64,000 nt of DNA from Bacillota bacterium. GTDB lineage: Bacteria; Bacillota; SHA-98; Ch115; JABLXJ01. Made by a program: the position numbers and the translations under genes. The notes under the pieces were generated by a model, which was given only the letters and a program-made list of their open reading frames with translations, did no database searches and had not been told where the DNA came from. Positions 1 through 9,277 of the stretch are shown piece by piece. The stretch covers positions 6,141-70,140 of the forward strand of contig DUMQ01000146.1 in assembly GCA_012839815.1 (NCBI GenBank), given 5' to 3'. How positions within the stretch are numbered: position 1 is the stretch's first letter; each line of letters starts with the position of its first letter.

Positions 1-2
1 TG

Positions 3-305
3 GCCGGCGAAAAGGTCGATGAGGCCAGGTTGGAGGACCTCAAGCGGACTTATGAGATCGTCAGCTTTAACCCTTACATAAAGGAGCTTTTTGTCGCCGA
101 GGCCAGGCTCGGAGAACTCGTAGCCAAGGTTCAAAAGATAATAGGGGAGGCCATAGGTGATGAGTCCCATAAGTCCCCGGACGGTTTATCAGGTGAGGAC
201 CTGCCGGGAAAGGAATCACCAGCGGACGAGCCGGAAGATGCAGTTGAAGGGACTGCGGCAAAGGGCGACTCGCGAGCGGGCGATAGTGCACCGGATGACA
301 GGTAA
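3..305 (+). CDS. YlbF/YmcA-family regulator, 5' end outside the window
   Basis: Frame open from the window edge; NPYIKELFVAEARLGELVAKVQKIIGEAI resembles the Com_YlbF C-terminal helices, followed by an acidic low-complexity tail. Confidence 0.65.
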   Translation, partial: AGEKVDEARLEDLKRTYEIVSFNPYIKELFVAEARLGELVAKVQKIIGEAIGDESHKSPDGLSGEDLPGKESPADEPEDAVEGTAAKGDSRAGDSAPDDR

Positions 306-349
306 TGCACCGCACCGGATACAGGTAATGGAGTCAGGAGGGAGGAACC

Positions 350-628
350 TTGCGATTTGAGGCGGCTATAGATAGGTTTGAGGGGAGCTTCGCGGTCCTG
401 CTCGTGCGAGGTGAGCATGGCCGGGATGCCGGGGCCGGAGATGAGGAGGATGATGGAATCGGGGACAGGGATTTGAAGATCGATTTCCCCCGGAAGCTCC
501 TGCCCCAGGATGCCAGGGAGGGTGATATACTGGCGTTCGACCTTGAGATTGACAGGGTGGCTACTCAGCGGCAGCGGGAACGCATACGAGGGCTTCTCGA
601 TAAACTCATCCAAAAGGGCGACAAATAG
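350..628 (+). CDS. DUF3006 domain protein
   Basis: IDRFEG.FAVL...PR.LLP..AREGDIL...ID..AT..RRERI pattern; GGAGG RBS before the TTG start. Confidence 0.8.
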   Translation: MRFEAAIDRFEGSFAVLLVRGEHGRDAGAGDEEDDGIGDRDLKIDFPRKLLPQDAREGDILAFDLEIDRVATQRQRERIRGLLDKLIQKGDK

Positions 629-741
629 CAAGCTAAAGGATGAAGGAAAGGGAGACCTCCATGTAGAATCCCTGCACCGGTCAGAGACAGCCGCCGGCCG
701 GAGATACCAGGTCATCAGGTGGACTGGCGGCGGGGAGGAGC

Positions 742-1146
742 GTGGTGAGCGGGAACGGGTGTAGCCGCAGGTTTAGGGGATACGGGCGCGGTTATGGGCC
801 CGGGATGCTGGATGCCGGGCCCCGACGCCTTGTCCTAAGGTCGGTGGCCCTCGCATTTGCGGTAATACTGGCCTGGTCCGCACTGTTGTCCGGGTCGGGG
901 GCGATGCCGGCGGGAGCGAGATTCCGGGCGGTTCTCGACCGCGTCGAGGGCGATACCGCCATCCTTGAGAACTTTGATAACGAGCGGGAGAGGCTTGAGA
1001 TGCCGGTCCGGCTCCTGCCGGCATGCGCCAGGGAGGGCGATGTGGTTAATGTAAATGTCGCCATCGATGTGGAGGAAACCAGGCGCCGGCGCGAGGCCGC
1101 GAAGGCGTGCCTCAATAGATTGCTGCGCCGCAAAGGCGCCGGGTGA
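742..1146 (+). CDS. Second DUF3006 domain protein with hydrophobic N-terminal extension (start uncertain)
   Basis: LDRVEGDTAIL...PVRLLP..AREGDVV...IDVEETRRRRE. Confidence 0.7.
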   Translation: MVSGNGCSRRFRGYGRGYGPGMLDAGPRRLVLRSVALAFAVILAWSALLSGSGAMPAGARFRAVLDRVEGDTAILENFDNERERLEMPVRLLPACAREGDVVNVNVAIDVEETRRRREAAKACLNRLLRRKGAG

Positions 1147-1194
1147 CCGAGCCTGGCGACCGAGTTTCGTGTTGCGCCGGGTTTCGTGTTGCCC

Positions 1195-1223
1195 TTGAAA
1201 AGCCCTGCCCGTTTCGATATAAT
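1195..1223 (+). promoter_or_regulatory. SigA-type promoter for yycJ-rlmH
   Basis: TTGAAA-17 nt-TATAAT. Confidence 0.7.
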
Positions 1224-1248
1224 TGAAGGCGTGATTTAAGGCGGAGGC

Positions 1249-2085
1249 TTGATTTCTTTGGGCACAAACGTCTGTGTGCTTGCGAGCGGGAGCTCGGGTA
1301 ATTGCACCCTCATACACACGGATACCACCACGATCCTGATCGATGCGGGGCTCCCCGGCAAGGTGGCTGTAGAACGCCTCCTTGCGGCGGATGTTCACCC
1401 CAGCGATATCGACGCCATTCTCATAACCCACGAACACACTGATCATGTGAGCGGCCTCGGCACCCTGTCGCGGGCTCTCGATATTCCTGTCTATGCAAGC
1501 GAGGCTACTTGGAAGGCTCTCGATGCGAATCCCCGTGTCTGCGGGCCTGTAAGGGAGAAGAATAAAAGGGTGATTGCTGCCGGGGAGCTTTTTAATGTCA
1601 AAGACCTTGCAATCCAGCCATTTCCAGTGCCTCACGACGCAGCGGGCCCGCTGGGATATTGCATCATCGACGGGGCGAGGAAGGTCGGGATCGCAACGGA
1701 TGCCGGACATGCGACGCAGGAGATGAAGCAGCAGCTTGCTGATTGTGATCTTCTCGTTATCGAGGCCAATCACGATGTGGAGATGCTTATGGTTGGCTCC
1801 TATCCGTGGGCTTTGAAGCGGCGTATCCTGAGCGATCTCGGGCACCTTTCGAATGAGGCGGCGGGTGAATTTCTAGGGTCCATTGTCACGGAGCGGACGT
1901 CAAATATCTTGCTTGCGCACCTCAGCAAGGAAAACAACCTCCCGGAGCTTGCCCTTCTCACGGTGATAGCGATCCTCAGGCTTAATGGCATCGCCGTTGG
2001 GAAAGACCTGCGAGTGGGTCTCACCTACCGGAATAGGATGACTCGGCCCATCAAGATCGAGAAGGGGTATTGCAAGGTTTGCTGA
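1249..2085 (+). CDS. yycJ: MBL-fold metallo-hydrolase YycJ/WalJ
   Basis: LASGSSGN, THEHTDH, HDA, EANHD, GHLSN and HLSKENN motifs; next to rlmH as is usual in Firmicutes. Confidence 0.9.
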   Translation: MISLGTNVCVLASGSSGNCTLIHTDTTTILIDAGLPGKVAVERLLAADVHPSDIDAILITHEHTDHVSGLGTLSRALDIPVYASEATWKALDANPRVCGPVREKNKRVIAAGELFNVKDLAIQPFPVPHDAAGPLGYCIIDGARKVGIATDAGHATQEMKQQLADCDLLVIEANHDVEMLMVGSYPWALKRRILSDLGHLSNEAAGEFLGSIVTERTSNILLAHLSKENNLPELALLTVIAILRLNGIAVGKDLRVGLTYRNRMTRPIKIEKGYCKVC

Positions 2086-2561
2086 ATATAAGGGTAATTG
2101 CCGTTGGGAAGTTGAAGGAGAGGTACCAGTCAGAGGGCGTTAAGGATTACCTCAGGCGCCTCAAGCCATATGCAAAAGTCGGAATCGTCGAGGTTGCAGA
2201 GGAGCCGCTGGGGAAGTCCGCAAGCCCGGCTGAGGAGGCCCTTGCCAGGCGGAGGGAGGCCGGGAGAATACTCGATCATATCAAGCCGCACTCCTACTGC
2301 ATCGCTTTGGACCGCGAGGGGGTGGCGCTCTCTTCAGAGGAGTTTTCGGCAGCGCTCGAAAAGGTGATGTTGTCCGGGACGAGCGATATAGCCTTTGTGA
2401 TCGGCGGCTCGACCGGCCTCGCCCCCGAGGTCATAAACAGGGCGGATATGAGGCTTTCGTTCTCGAGGATGACATTCCCCCACGGGCTCATGCGGGTCAT
2501 CTTGCTGGAACAAGTCTACAGGGCATTCAAGATCCTGAGAGGCGAGACTTATCATAAGTGA
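2070..2561 (+). CDS. rlmH: 23S rRNA m3-pseudouridine-1915 methyltransferase RlmH
   Basis: AVGKLKE, FVIGGSTGL, SFSRMTFPH, LLEQVYRAFKI..GETYHK. Confidence 0.97.
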   Translation: MQGLLNIRVIAVGKLKERYQSEGVKDYLRRLKPYAKVGIVEVAEEPLGKSASPAEEALARRREAGRILDHIKPHSYCIALDREGVALSSEEFSAALEKVMLSGTSDIAFVIGGSTGLAPEVINRADMRLSFSRMTFPHGLMRVILLEQVYRAFKILRGETYHK

Positions 2562-2640
2562 CCCTTTCAATCGGCCTGGTGGTGTCAGCCTGATGGTGTC
2601 CCCGCAGGCGGCATACGGGCATATCAGGTAACATGGTGGT

Positions 2641-2841
2641 CTAGCTGATTATCACGTAAAGGGAGTCTATATCATCATCACCGGCTTTCCGGAGACCCTC
2701 TCTCAATTCTACCAGGTTCTCGTCGGAGATCTCCGCGTCATACCTGCCGAGGATGCGACCGCATACTATGCGTGTAGCCTGGGATTCCTTATGCTCTTTT
2801 ACAAACTCCAGTATCCTCTTGATTTTATCATTGCGTCCCAT
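2641..2841 (-). CDS. Small hypothetical protein
   Basis: 66-aa ORF with protein-like composition and an AAGGGG RBS; co-oriented downstream of sleB-ypeB. Confidence 0.6.
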   Translation of the reverse strand: MGRNDKIKRILEFVKEHKESQATRIVCGRILGRYDAEISDENLVELREGLRKAGDDDIDSLYVIIS

Positions 2842-2845
2842 CCCG

Positions 2846-3136
2846 TCAAGATTCCCCTTTTCTTTCTTCCTTTGCCGCCTTATGCTCGGCCTTCTTATGT
2901 TCGTGTTCGGGTCCGCGTTCAGGATCGTTAACCCATTGTAAACCTCGCAGCCTGTCGGCGGCTTCCTTTGTCACCGCAGCTCTCAAGTCCATGGGTTTCA
3001 TCTTTACCTTGTCGTGACCCCCTGTCCTGCGCCCGGCCGCATTGCTTTCATGGCCTCTGTCGATGATATCGGCGGTCATTTGGCCTGGTGCAACCCCTTT
3101 CCTTGCCTGTATTGCCTGTGGCGCCGCGTTCGGCAT
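2846..3136 (-). CDS. Hypothetical protein (start uncertain)
   Basis: Fills the gap between ypeB and the 66-aa ORF; charged C-terminus; no recognised motif. Confidence 0.35.
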   Translation of the reverse strand: MPNAAPQAIQARKGVAPGQMTADIIDRGHESNAAGRRTGGHDKVKMKPMDLRAAVTKEAADRLRGLQWVNDPERGPEHEHKKAEHKAAKEERKGES

Positions 3137-3156
3137 GGGGCTAGCCTGTTTTCTTT

Positions 3157-4527
3157 CTACGTTACCTCAACGCGGCGCGGAGTAATTCGCTCGATCTTCT
3201 CCTCCTGGCCTGTGACGGCGTCTATGTACACTCGGAACTCCTCAGTATCCAGCCTCCCACGGAATTCATAGCATAGCTTTTCCCTGCCGAGGTCGTCCAG
3301 GATCACAGCCAGCCTGGCGCTTGTAATGTCCAATCTCGGGCTGACCATTGCCCTAGCTTCATTCATGGTCAGCGCGGGCATGGGCAGGACGCGCGCGCGG
3401 TGGAACGTTATATAGCCTGACCCTTCAAATCCCAGGATGGCCCCGTTATCAAGGGCGATGCGCAGCTTGATCGCATCCGGGTATATGAGCACACCATCTT
3501 GTTCAAACACATACGTTATAATGGCGACGTTCTGATATTGATCTCTATCGATGGGGCGCATGTTCTTGAATCCGCGCGACTCCAGGAACGCCGTTCCGAT
3601 CTCAGTAGCCCTGTCGAGAGACAGTTTTGAGACATTGGCGCGCCGGTCATCGAGCATCCATATGACATGGCCGCCCTTTTCCGAGATATCAACCCTCATG
3701 CTGGCACCTTGATCGCCTCCCCCGCCCCCGGGATCTGCCACAGTCACCCTGTAGGACCGCGGGTCGGTCACGACCCGGGTTACCGTAAATTGCTTGCCTT
3801 CGGTCCTTTCCGGCCCGATAAACCTCCGGGCGATCTCGATGGCCCTGGTCTCGGTTATCACAGGCCCTGTCAGGCCTCTGGGAGAGATTTTCTCAGGCGG
3901 TATGTTGCCGGCGAAATCGGGGTCAGGGAACCTGCGCATCCCGTCCTCCAGCATCTTCAGGCTCTTGGTCGCGGGGTTTATTCGCGGTTTCCGGGGCGCC
4001 CCCGGTCGCTCGGCGCTTGTCGCCGCCATGGCCCTCTGTATATCATTCCACCGGCTGCCTTCATTCATAAACGAAGCCTGCATTTTCCCGACCGTGGTGC
4101 TCATGAACTTGGCCTGGCGGTGAAGGTCACGGAGCGTCGCCCACTCGCTGGCCGTGATCGGTTGACCCTGAGCGTTCTTGACGGCGAGCGAATATGTGAA
4201 TGCCCCGAGCCTCCCTATGAACTGTTCGGTTTTTGTCAGAGGGACGGTCAGGAGAGGGAGCTGCCCGATATTTGCCTGGGCGGCCGAGGCGTGTCGCCAT
4301 ATGTCTGAAAAGGTTTGCATTCGCCCCTTTGGCGAGCTGGCAACAAGAGCCTTGGCGGTTTCGGCTTCGATCCCGTCCAGGTGGTAAGATAGCTCTTGAA
4401 AAGCTCGCTGGTACTGGTTTTCGGCCTGGATTTCAACTTGCCGTCTCAACAGGTGCTCGCGGATTCCCAAGAACGCCGTGATCACCAGGGCTATGGTAAG
4501 GACCGGTATAGCTAGTCTCCGTTGCAA
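3157..4527 (-). CDS. ypeB: Germination protein YpeB
   Basis: N-terminal TM, ENQYQRAFQEL, QLPL, C-terminal PepSY-like repeats (IYPDAIK..IALDNG, LCYEF..YIDA.TG.EE); downstream of sleB. Confidence 0.95.
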   Translation of the reverse strand: MQRRLAIPVLTIALVITAFLGIREHLLRRQVEIQAENQYQRAFQELSYHLDGIEAETAKALVASSPKGRMQTFSDIWRHASAAQANIGQLPLLTVPLTKTEQFIGRLGAFTYSLAVKNAQGQPITASEWATLRDLHRQAKFMSTTVGKMQASFMNEGSRWNDIQRAMAATSAERPGAPRKPRINPATKSLKMLEDGMRRFPDPDFAGNIPPEKISPRGLTGPVITETRAIEIARRFIGPERTEGKQFTVTRVVTDPRSYRVTVADPGGGGGDQGASMRVDISEKGGHVIWMLDDRRANVSKLSLDRATEIGTAFLESRGFKNMRPIDRDQYQNVAIITYVFEQDGVLIYPDAIKLRIALDNGAILGFEGSGYITFHRARVLPMPALTMNEARAMVSPRLDITSARLAVILDDLGREKLCYEFRGRLDTEEFRVYIDAVTGQEEKIERITPRRVEVT

Positions 4528-4559
4528 GGAACATACCTCCTAGATAAATCAGGAACATC

Positions 4560-5069
4560 TCATCTTGAGAAAACATGGTTCCCAATTTGTGTAATAATGG
4601 GCCTGGTCCAGATCCACCAGCTTACAGGTTTTGACGGATTGAAGTAGTAGAGCGCACCTCCTGTAGGATCCCACCCGCTGAGGGCATCCTGCGTAGCTCT
4701 ATAGGCATCTGCGCTTGGGTACCAGAGCCAGATGAGCCCGTTAGATACCGATTCAAATGCATCGGGCTCGAATATGACGCCCGGTATGGTCTTGGGGAAG
4801 TTCGGGCTTTCCAACCGGTTCATGATTACCGCCCCAATGGCAACCTTGCCTACGTAGGGCTCCGCCCAGGCCTCACTCTGTATCACTCTTGCCATCAAGT
4901 CTACATTATACCTGTACGAATCCCAAGGGGCCGCGATCAGGCCCTGGTCAGAAACCTTGCCGTTGCGGCTTGAAATGGCCACCGGCATAATAGGGTTCGG
5001 GTAGAATAAGAGAGATACACATATTGCAAGCAACGCCATGATGACAAGTAGAGTCAAGAATCGCCTCAT
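4560..5069 (-). CDS. sleB: Spore cortex-lytic enzyme SleB (catalytic Hydrolase_2 domain only)
   Basis: LMARVI.SEA..EPY.GKVA.GAV..NR, GWDPTGGALYYFNP, WIW.RP....IG.H.F; upstream of ypeB. Confidence 0.9.
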   Translation of the reverse strand: MRRFLTLLVIMALLAICVSLLFYPNPIMPVAISSRNGKVSDQGLIAAPWDSYRYNVDLMARVIQSEAWAEPYVGKVAIGAVIMNRLESPNFPKTIPGVIFEPDAFESVSNGLIWLWYPSADAYRATQDALSGWDPTGGALYYFNPSKPVSWWIWTRPIITQIGNHVFSR

Positions 5070-5212
5070 GGATTTCCAGCTCCCCCTCTTGGATTCTGGT
5101 TGGGAAACTCTTTGATTTATTTTCTTCCGCTGGCTGTCGTCATATTCACATTTGTAGATTCATCCTTTCAAGCTTTTAAGCCTTCAAGGTGCAGCTTTCG
5201 GGGTTTTAATTC

Positions 5213-6181
5213 TCAAATTGTCACCTTATCTATAATCCCCCTTATGATCTCTGCGGATTTCCGGAAGGCTTTCTCTTCCTCCTGGCTGAGGCTGAGCGGG
5301 ACGACCTTGCTCACTCCCTGCTTCCCAACCAGGGCTGGCACAGACAGGCATACATCGCTCACCCCTTGGTAATTATCGAGGAGTGAGGATACAGTTAATA
5401 CGGAGTTCTCATCCCTCAGTATGCTCCCGGTAATTTCCGTCATAGCAAGGCCGATTGCATAGTAGGTCGCCCCCTTCCTTTCAATGACCTTATACGCGGC
5501 ATCTCGCACCTCTTCAAAGAGTTCGCGCTGCCATGATGGATCGCACCCTCTTTCACAGAGCGGGCAGTACTCTGCCAACCTCATCCCCGCTATATTGGCG
5601 AGACTCCAGACGGGTACTTCGCTATCGCCATGTTCGCCGATTATGTAAGCGTGGACATTTCTCGCGCTTACATTACAGTGGAGGCTCAACAAGGACCGGA
5701 AGCGCAAGGTATCCAGTACTGTCCCCGAACCTATAACCATGGATGGAGGGTAACCTGAAAGTTTATAGGCAAGATAGGTCATTATGTCTACGGGGTTGGT
5801 GACTATGAGAAGAACCGACGACGTCGTATGCCTGGTAACTTTCGGTATAATGTCCTTAAAGATATCTGCATTCCTTTGTACCAGGTCCAGACGGGTTTCT
5901 CCGGGCTTCTGAGCCGCTCCGGCCGTGATTACAATTACATCCGCCCCCTCGCACTCATCGTAGTCGCCGGACCGGATGACCACGGGCCGGACAAATGGAA
6001 CTCCGTGTGCAAGGTCCATGGCCTCGCCCTCAGCCCTGGTCCGGTTTACGTCTATGAGCACGATCTCGGAGGCGAGGCCGCTTATCATGAGGCAGTAGGC
6101 AAAGGTTGAACCTACAAAGCCCGCACCTATGATGACAACCTTTCTAGGGCGCATGTCTTTTGGCATAGTGTCGTCCACCAT
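5213..6181 (-). CDS. ldh: L-lactate dehydrogenase
   Basis: GAGFVG, AQKPGETRLDL, NPVD, GEHGDSE, KGATYY. Confidence 0.96.
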   Translation of the reverse strand: MVDDTMPKDMRPRKVVIIGAGFVGSTFAYCLMISGLASEIVLIDVNRTRAEGEAMDLAHGVPFVRPVVIRSGDYDECEGADVIVITAGAAQKPGETRLDLVQRNADIFKDIIPKVTRHTTSSVLLIVTNPVDIMTYLAYKLSGYPPSMVIGSGTVLDTLRFRSLLSLHCNVSARNVHAYIIGEHGDSEVPVWSLANIAGMRLAEYCPLCERGCDPSWQRELFEEVRDAAYKVIERKGATYYAIGLAMTEITGSILRDENSVLTVSSLLDNYQGVSDVCLSVPALVGKQGVSKVVPLSLSQEEEKAFRKSAEIIRGIIDKVTI

Positions 6182-6548
6182 CCTTTATATTCCGTGGTAT
6201 TCCGTGCATGTCCGCTCCATGCTTGATATGGACATGCATGATATGAGCAGCGTAGATGAGCACCGTAGGGATGAATATGAATATGCAAGATATGAATACG
6301 CAAGATATATATGATGCTCACTACATACATTCCGCTAGTAGTGTATCCCGGTAGAGGCAAGCTAAACGGGGAGTGCGTGTAATTTCTGTGTGACTACTCT
6401 GTGTGACCACTCCTGGCCCTCAACCTTCAATCGGTGGGCGTGCCGGGGTGGCAAATAACTTATCACCTTTTTTGGAGCAGGTAGGCCAGAAACTTAGCGG
6501 TTCACAGGCGCCCCGGTGACGACGGAAAACGGGCACCTCTCAGGGGTA

Positions 6549-6577
6549 TAGACATTAAAAGAAAAATGGTGTATAAT
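6549..6577 (+). promoter_or_regulatory. SigA-type promoter of the tRNA gene
   Basis: TAGACA-17 nt-TATAAT about 80 nt upstream of tRNA-Arg. Confidence 0.65.
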
Positions 6578-6655
6578 ACATATGAACGTATGGCAGTAAA
6601 TACCCGAGCCGCATAGAGCGGCATCGACGTCAGTTGAAAGCCCCAATCATCGTGT

Positions 6656-6731
6656 GCGCCTATAGCTCAGTGGATCAGAGCGCCGGCCTCCGGAGCCGGG
6701 TGCGCAGGTTCGAGTCCTGCTAGGCGCACCA
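6656..6731 (+). tRNA. tRNA-Arg(CCG)
   Basis: Acceptor stem GCGCCTA/TAGGCGC, anticodon arm CCGGC-CTCCGGA-GCCGG, T-loop GGTTCGAGTCC, encoded CCA; 76 nt. Confidence 0.97.
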
Positions 6732-6735
6732 TTTT
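6677..6735 (+). repeat. attL core (3' part of the tRNA)
   Basis: Identical to 13084..13142 (AGAGCGCCGG...GCGCACCATTTT). Confidence 0.95.
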
Positions 6736-6816
6736 TATGTATGCGCTGCTAGCGGCCATATTGGAGCATAGAGACAATATGCCCTAAAGCTCGCAGGCCG
6801 TGGTACCTTAAATGGG

Positions 6817-6845
6817 CCTCCCACTGGAAAAGATGGGAGGTTTTT
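6817..6845 (+). terminator. Intrinsic terminator after the tRNA, overlapping the integrase RBS
   Basis: CCTCCCA/TGGGAGG stem followed by TTTTT. Confidence 0.65.
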
Positions 6846-6848
6846 GCT

Positions 6849-7787
6849 TTGGTAAGGGTTCTACGTATAGACAAGAAACTGCCTTCAACATGGCAGGAAG
6901 CCCTATCCGAATTCATCCTCTTTAAGCAGGCTCAGGGTGCATCGCCCAGGACAGTTGAAGACTATGAGTATCACATCAGGCTCCTTTTCACTCGTTATCC
7001 TGATGCCTGGAACCCATTGAATTTCAAACGAGCAGTACTAGAGCACATGGCCCAACCTGTGGCACCTGCCACCTTTAACATCCGTCGGAAGTACCTGAAA
7101 GTTTTCTTCAACTGGTGCATGGAGGAAGGCATATTCCCCGAAAACCCGTTGTCTGGCGTCTCAAAGAGAAGGGACGAAGGCCGGATCAGGAGTGTCAAGC
7201 AGGAGGTGTTAGAGCGGCTTTTGTCCCTTCCTAACCCAAAGACCTTCACTGGCCTACGTGACTATGCCTTGATCCTGCTAAGCCTTGACGTCGGGATTCG
7301 CCCGAAAGAGGCATTGTCTCTACGTGTGTGGGATGTTGACCTGGAGGATCTGACGATTACCATCAGGCGTGAGATATCCAAGACCAGGAAGACCAGTATC
7401 CTGCCTATAACTCGACAAGTTGCTGATGCTTTGAAAAGGCTCATTCATGCAAGACATCCTCAGTGGAATAAGGACGCACCGCTCTTCTGCACTAGAGATG
7501 GAACACCGTTGACGGTAAGAAGATGGGAAGCCAGGCTCAGGAAATACTCTGATATTCTGGGAGTCAACATCACCCCTTACGATCTGCGCCATAGCTTTGC
7601 CACCTTGTTCCTCAAAGACGGAGGGCACCCATTTGCCCTCCAGAAGATTTTGCGCCACTCTAGTATGGATATGGTTAAACGATACGTACAACTTACTGAG
7701 GGGGACTTAAGGGAGCAACATGAGCTTGCTTCGCCCGTCAGGAAACTCCTTCCTAAGAAGCCAAGGGTGGGTAGGATTCAGACCTGA
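6849..7787 (+). CDS. int: Tyrosine recombinase/integrase
   Basis: RDYALILL.LD.GIR..E, SKTRK, YDLRHSFAT, LQKILRH, RYV (R-K-x-R-H-Y set, first His replaced by Tyr). Confidence 0.95.
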   Translation: MVRVLRIDKKLPSTWQEALSEFILFKQAQGASPRTVEDYEYHIRLLFTRYPDAWNPLNFKRAVLEHMAQPVAPATFNIRRKYLKVFFNWCMEEGIFPENPLSGVSKRRDEGRIRSVKQEVLERLLSLPNPKTFTGLRDYALILLSLDVGIRPKEALSLRVWDVDLEDLTITIRREISKTRKTSILPITRQVADALKRLIHARHPQWNKDAPLFCTRDGTPLTVRRWEARLRKYSDILGVNITPYDLRHSFATLFLKDGGHPFALQKILRHSSMDMVKRYVQLTEGDLREQHELASPVRKLLPKKPRVGRIQT

Positions 7788-7959
7788 GAATATGCAGACC
7801 GGTGTGGCTATTAAATATAGTGCAGAAATCCAAAGACCAGGAGGAAATTAGCAAGATTTCGCGAAATAAGGGAGGAGGTGAATATTGGAAAGATTTACCG
7901 AGTCCCTATGTAATCTGTGACAGTGGCCAATCCAAAATCAAGGATGAGGAGGAAGTAAA

Positions 7960-8493
7960 ATGCGGAGTTTCATCAGCAGGATGCTTGTAGTATTGGTGAT
8001 GGTGGTAGTGGTATCAGTAACAACTGCGGCGGAAGCGGCGAGATATACCGAGCAGTTTCGGGGGATGAATTCTATCACTATAGCCGGACTTGCGACGGTT
8101 CCAGAAGGTCTGGGTATTACAAAAGAAGAATGTAAAGCTTACATCAGAGACCTTGTCTATGACGAACTTAGAAGAAAGCTGCCATCTGGGATACTACTGA
8201 ACAAAGACGAGACTTTGGCGGGTTTATCGGATGGATTTCTCTTCGTGGAGGTAATGCTAGTACACGGGCCGGGGAATTTTTTGGGCGACGTTACTCTCGA
8301 CGTCAGCCGTATCGTCACGCTATCGCCCCAAGAGCCTGGGGGGGAACCATTCGTGGCTTATGTATATTATGACACCTTCCCCCTTATTGGGAAGGCTTCA
8401 CAGTCAACCAAAGAGCTTCTGAATGAGCCAATCAGAATGCTGGTTGCGCGATTTGTCTCTGCTTTGCTTGAGGCGCGACCCGATCTAAGATAG
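7960..8493 (+). CDS. Hypothetical secreted protein (element cargo)
   Basis: Signal-peptide-like N-terminus ending in AEA; GAGGAGG RBS. Confidence 0.7.
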   Translation: MRSFISRMLVVLVMVVVVSVTTAAEAARYTEQFRGMNSITIAGLATVPEGLGITKEECKAYIRDLVYDELRRKLPSGILLNKDETLAGLSDGFLFVEVMLVHGPGNFLGDVTLDVSRIVTLSPQEPGGEPFVAYVYYDTFPLIGKASQSTKELLNEPIRMLVARFVSALLEARPDLR

Positions 8494-8674
8494 GCTCCTA
8501 GTGACGCAAGAGTGCCCAGCAAGGAGAAGGGCTGCGGAATCCTAAAGAACTAAGGGTCACGATTTACATAATGCCTATTATGCGACCCACTGCGTGGGGT
8601 GCCCTAGGAGGCATGGCAGCGGCGTCTTGCCGGCTCCCTAGGGCCTTCTGTAGGCTTGTAGACCTTCGCTCAGC

Positions 8675-8947
8675 TCATGATCCCTCCGAAGTTTCTTTGT
8701 TGGGCGGCTTTGGCGTCCGTTCCTTGTCTTTGAAGGCTAGCCACAGCAGAGCTGTAGCTCCTAATACTGCGAGGCCATAAATGATGGCAGTCCTGACATC
8801 TATGACGTCGGCATACTCCACTGAGTAGTCAATTCCTCCCTTAAGGATTACTCCATTGGGCCCATACTTGACTCTCGGTGCACCTACCAGTAAGAGGAAA
8901 AACACTATGGCTCCGGCGATTAGAATACGCCTTTGAACTTTGTTCAC
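8675..8947 (-). CDS. Hypothetical two-TM membrane protein (element cargo)
   Basis: Two hydrophobic segments; AGGAGG RBS before the GTG start. Confidence 0.7.
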   Translation of the reverse strand: MNKVQRRILIAGAIVFFLLLVGAPRVKYGPNGVILKGGIDYSVEYADVIDVRTAIIYGLAVLGATALLWLAFKDKERTPKPPNKETSEGS

Positions 8948-9277
8948 GTGAAGCTCCTCCTATCTTCATTCGGTTGGCTGTAAATGTAGTATATTTGCAC
9001 TTTTCTACATTTGCATGGATTATCCTTCCTGAGTTGGCCACACCCCCCAAGGGCCATGGCGGTTGCTTTACTTGGCTGTGCCTAAATCCGTATGTCAAAA
9101 AGCTTCTTACCATTATTTTCCATGTAGGCGTTCCTGAGAACGATGCCCCGATCTGTCTAGAATATCCCCGCCGACCGTTCGAGCACTCCTTAGGGGCTTT
9201 CCGTTTCACAGCCGACAGCTCTGCCACAAGCTCAGTGACCTCCTCACGACAGCGAGGGCACTTGAATTTTTCGCCGG

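Noticed and set aside
2540-2640. rlmH 3' end as an SCC-like integration site
   Set aside because: I saw no recombinase downstream and no second copy of the rlmH end; ordinary sporulation genes follow
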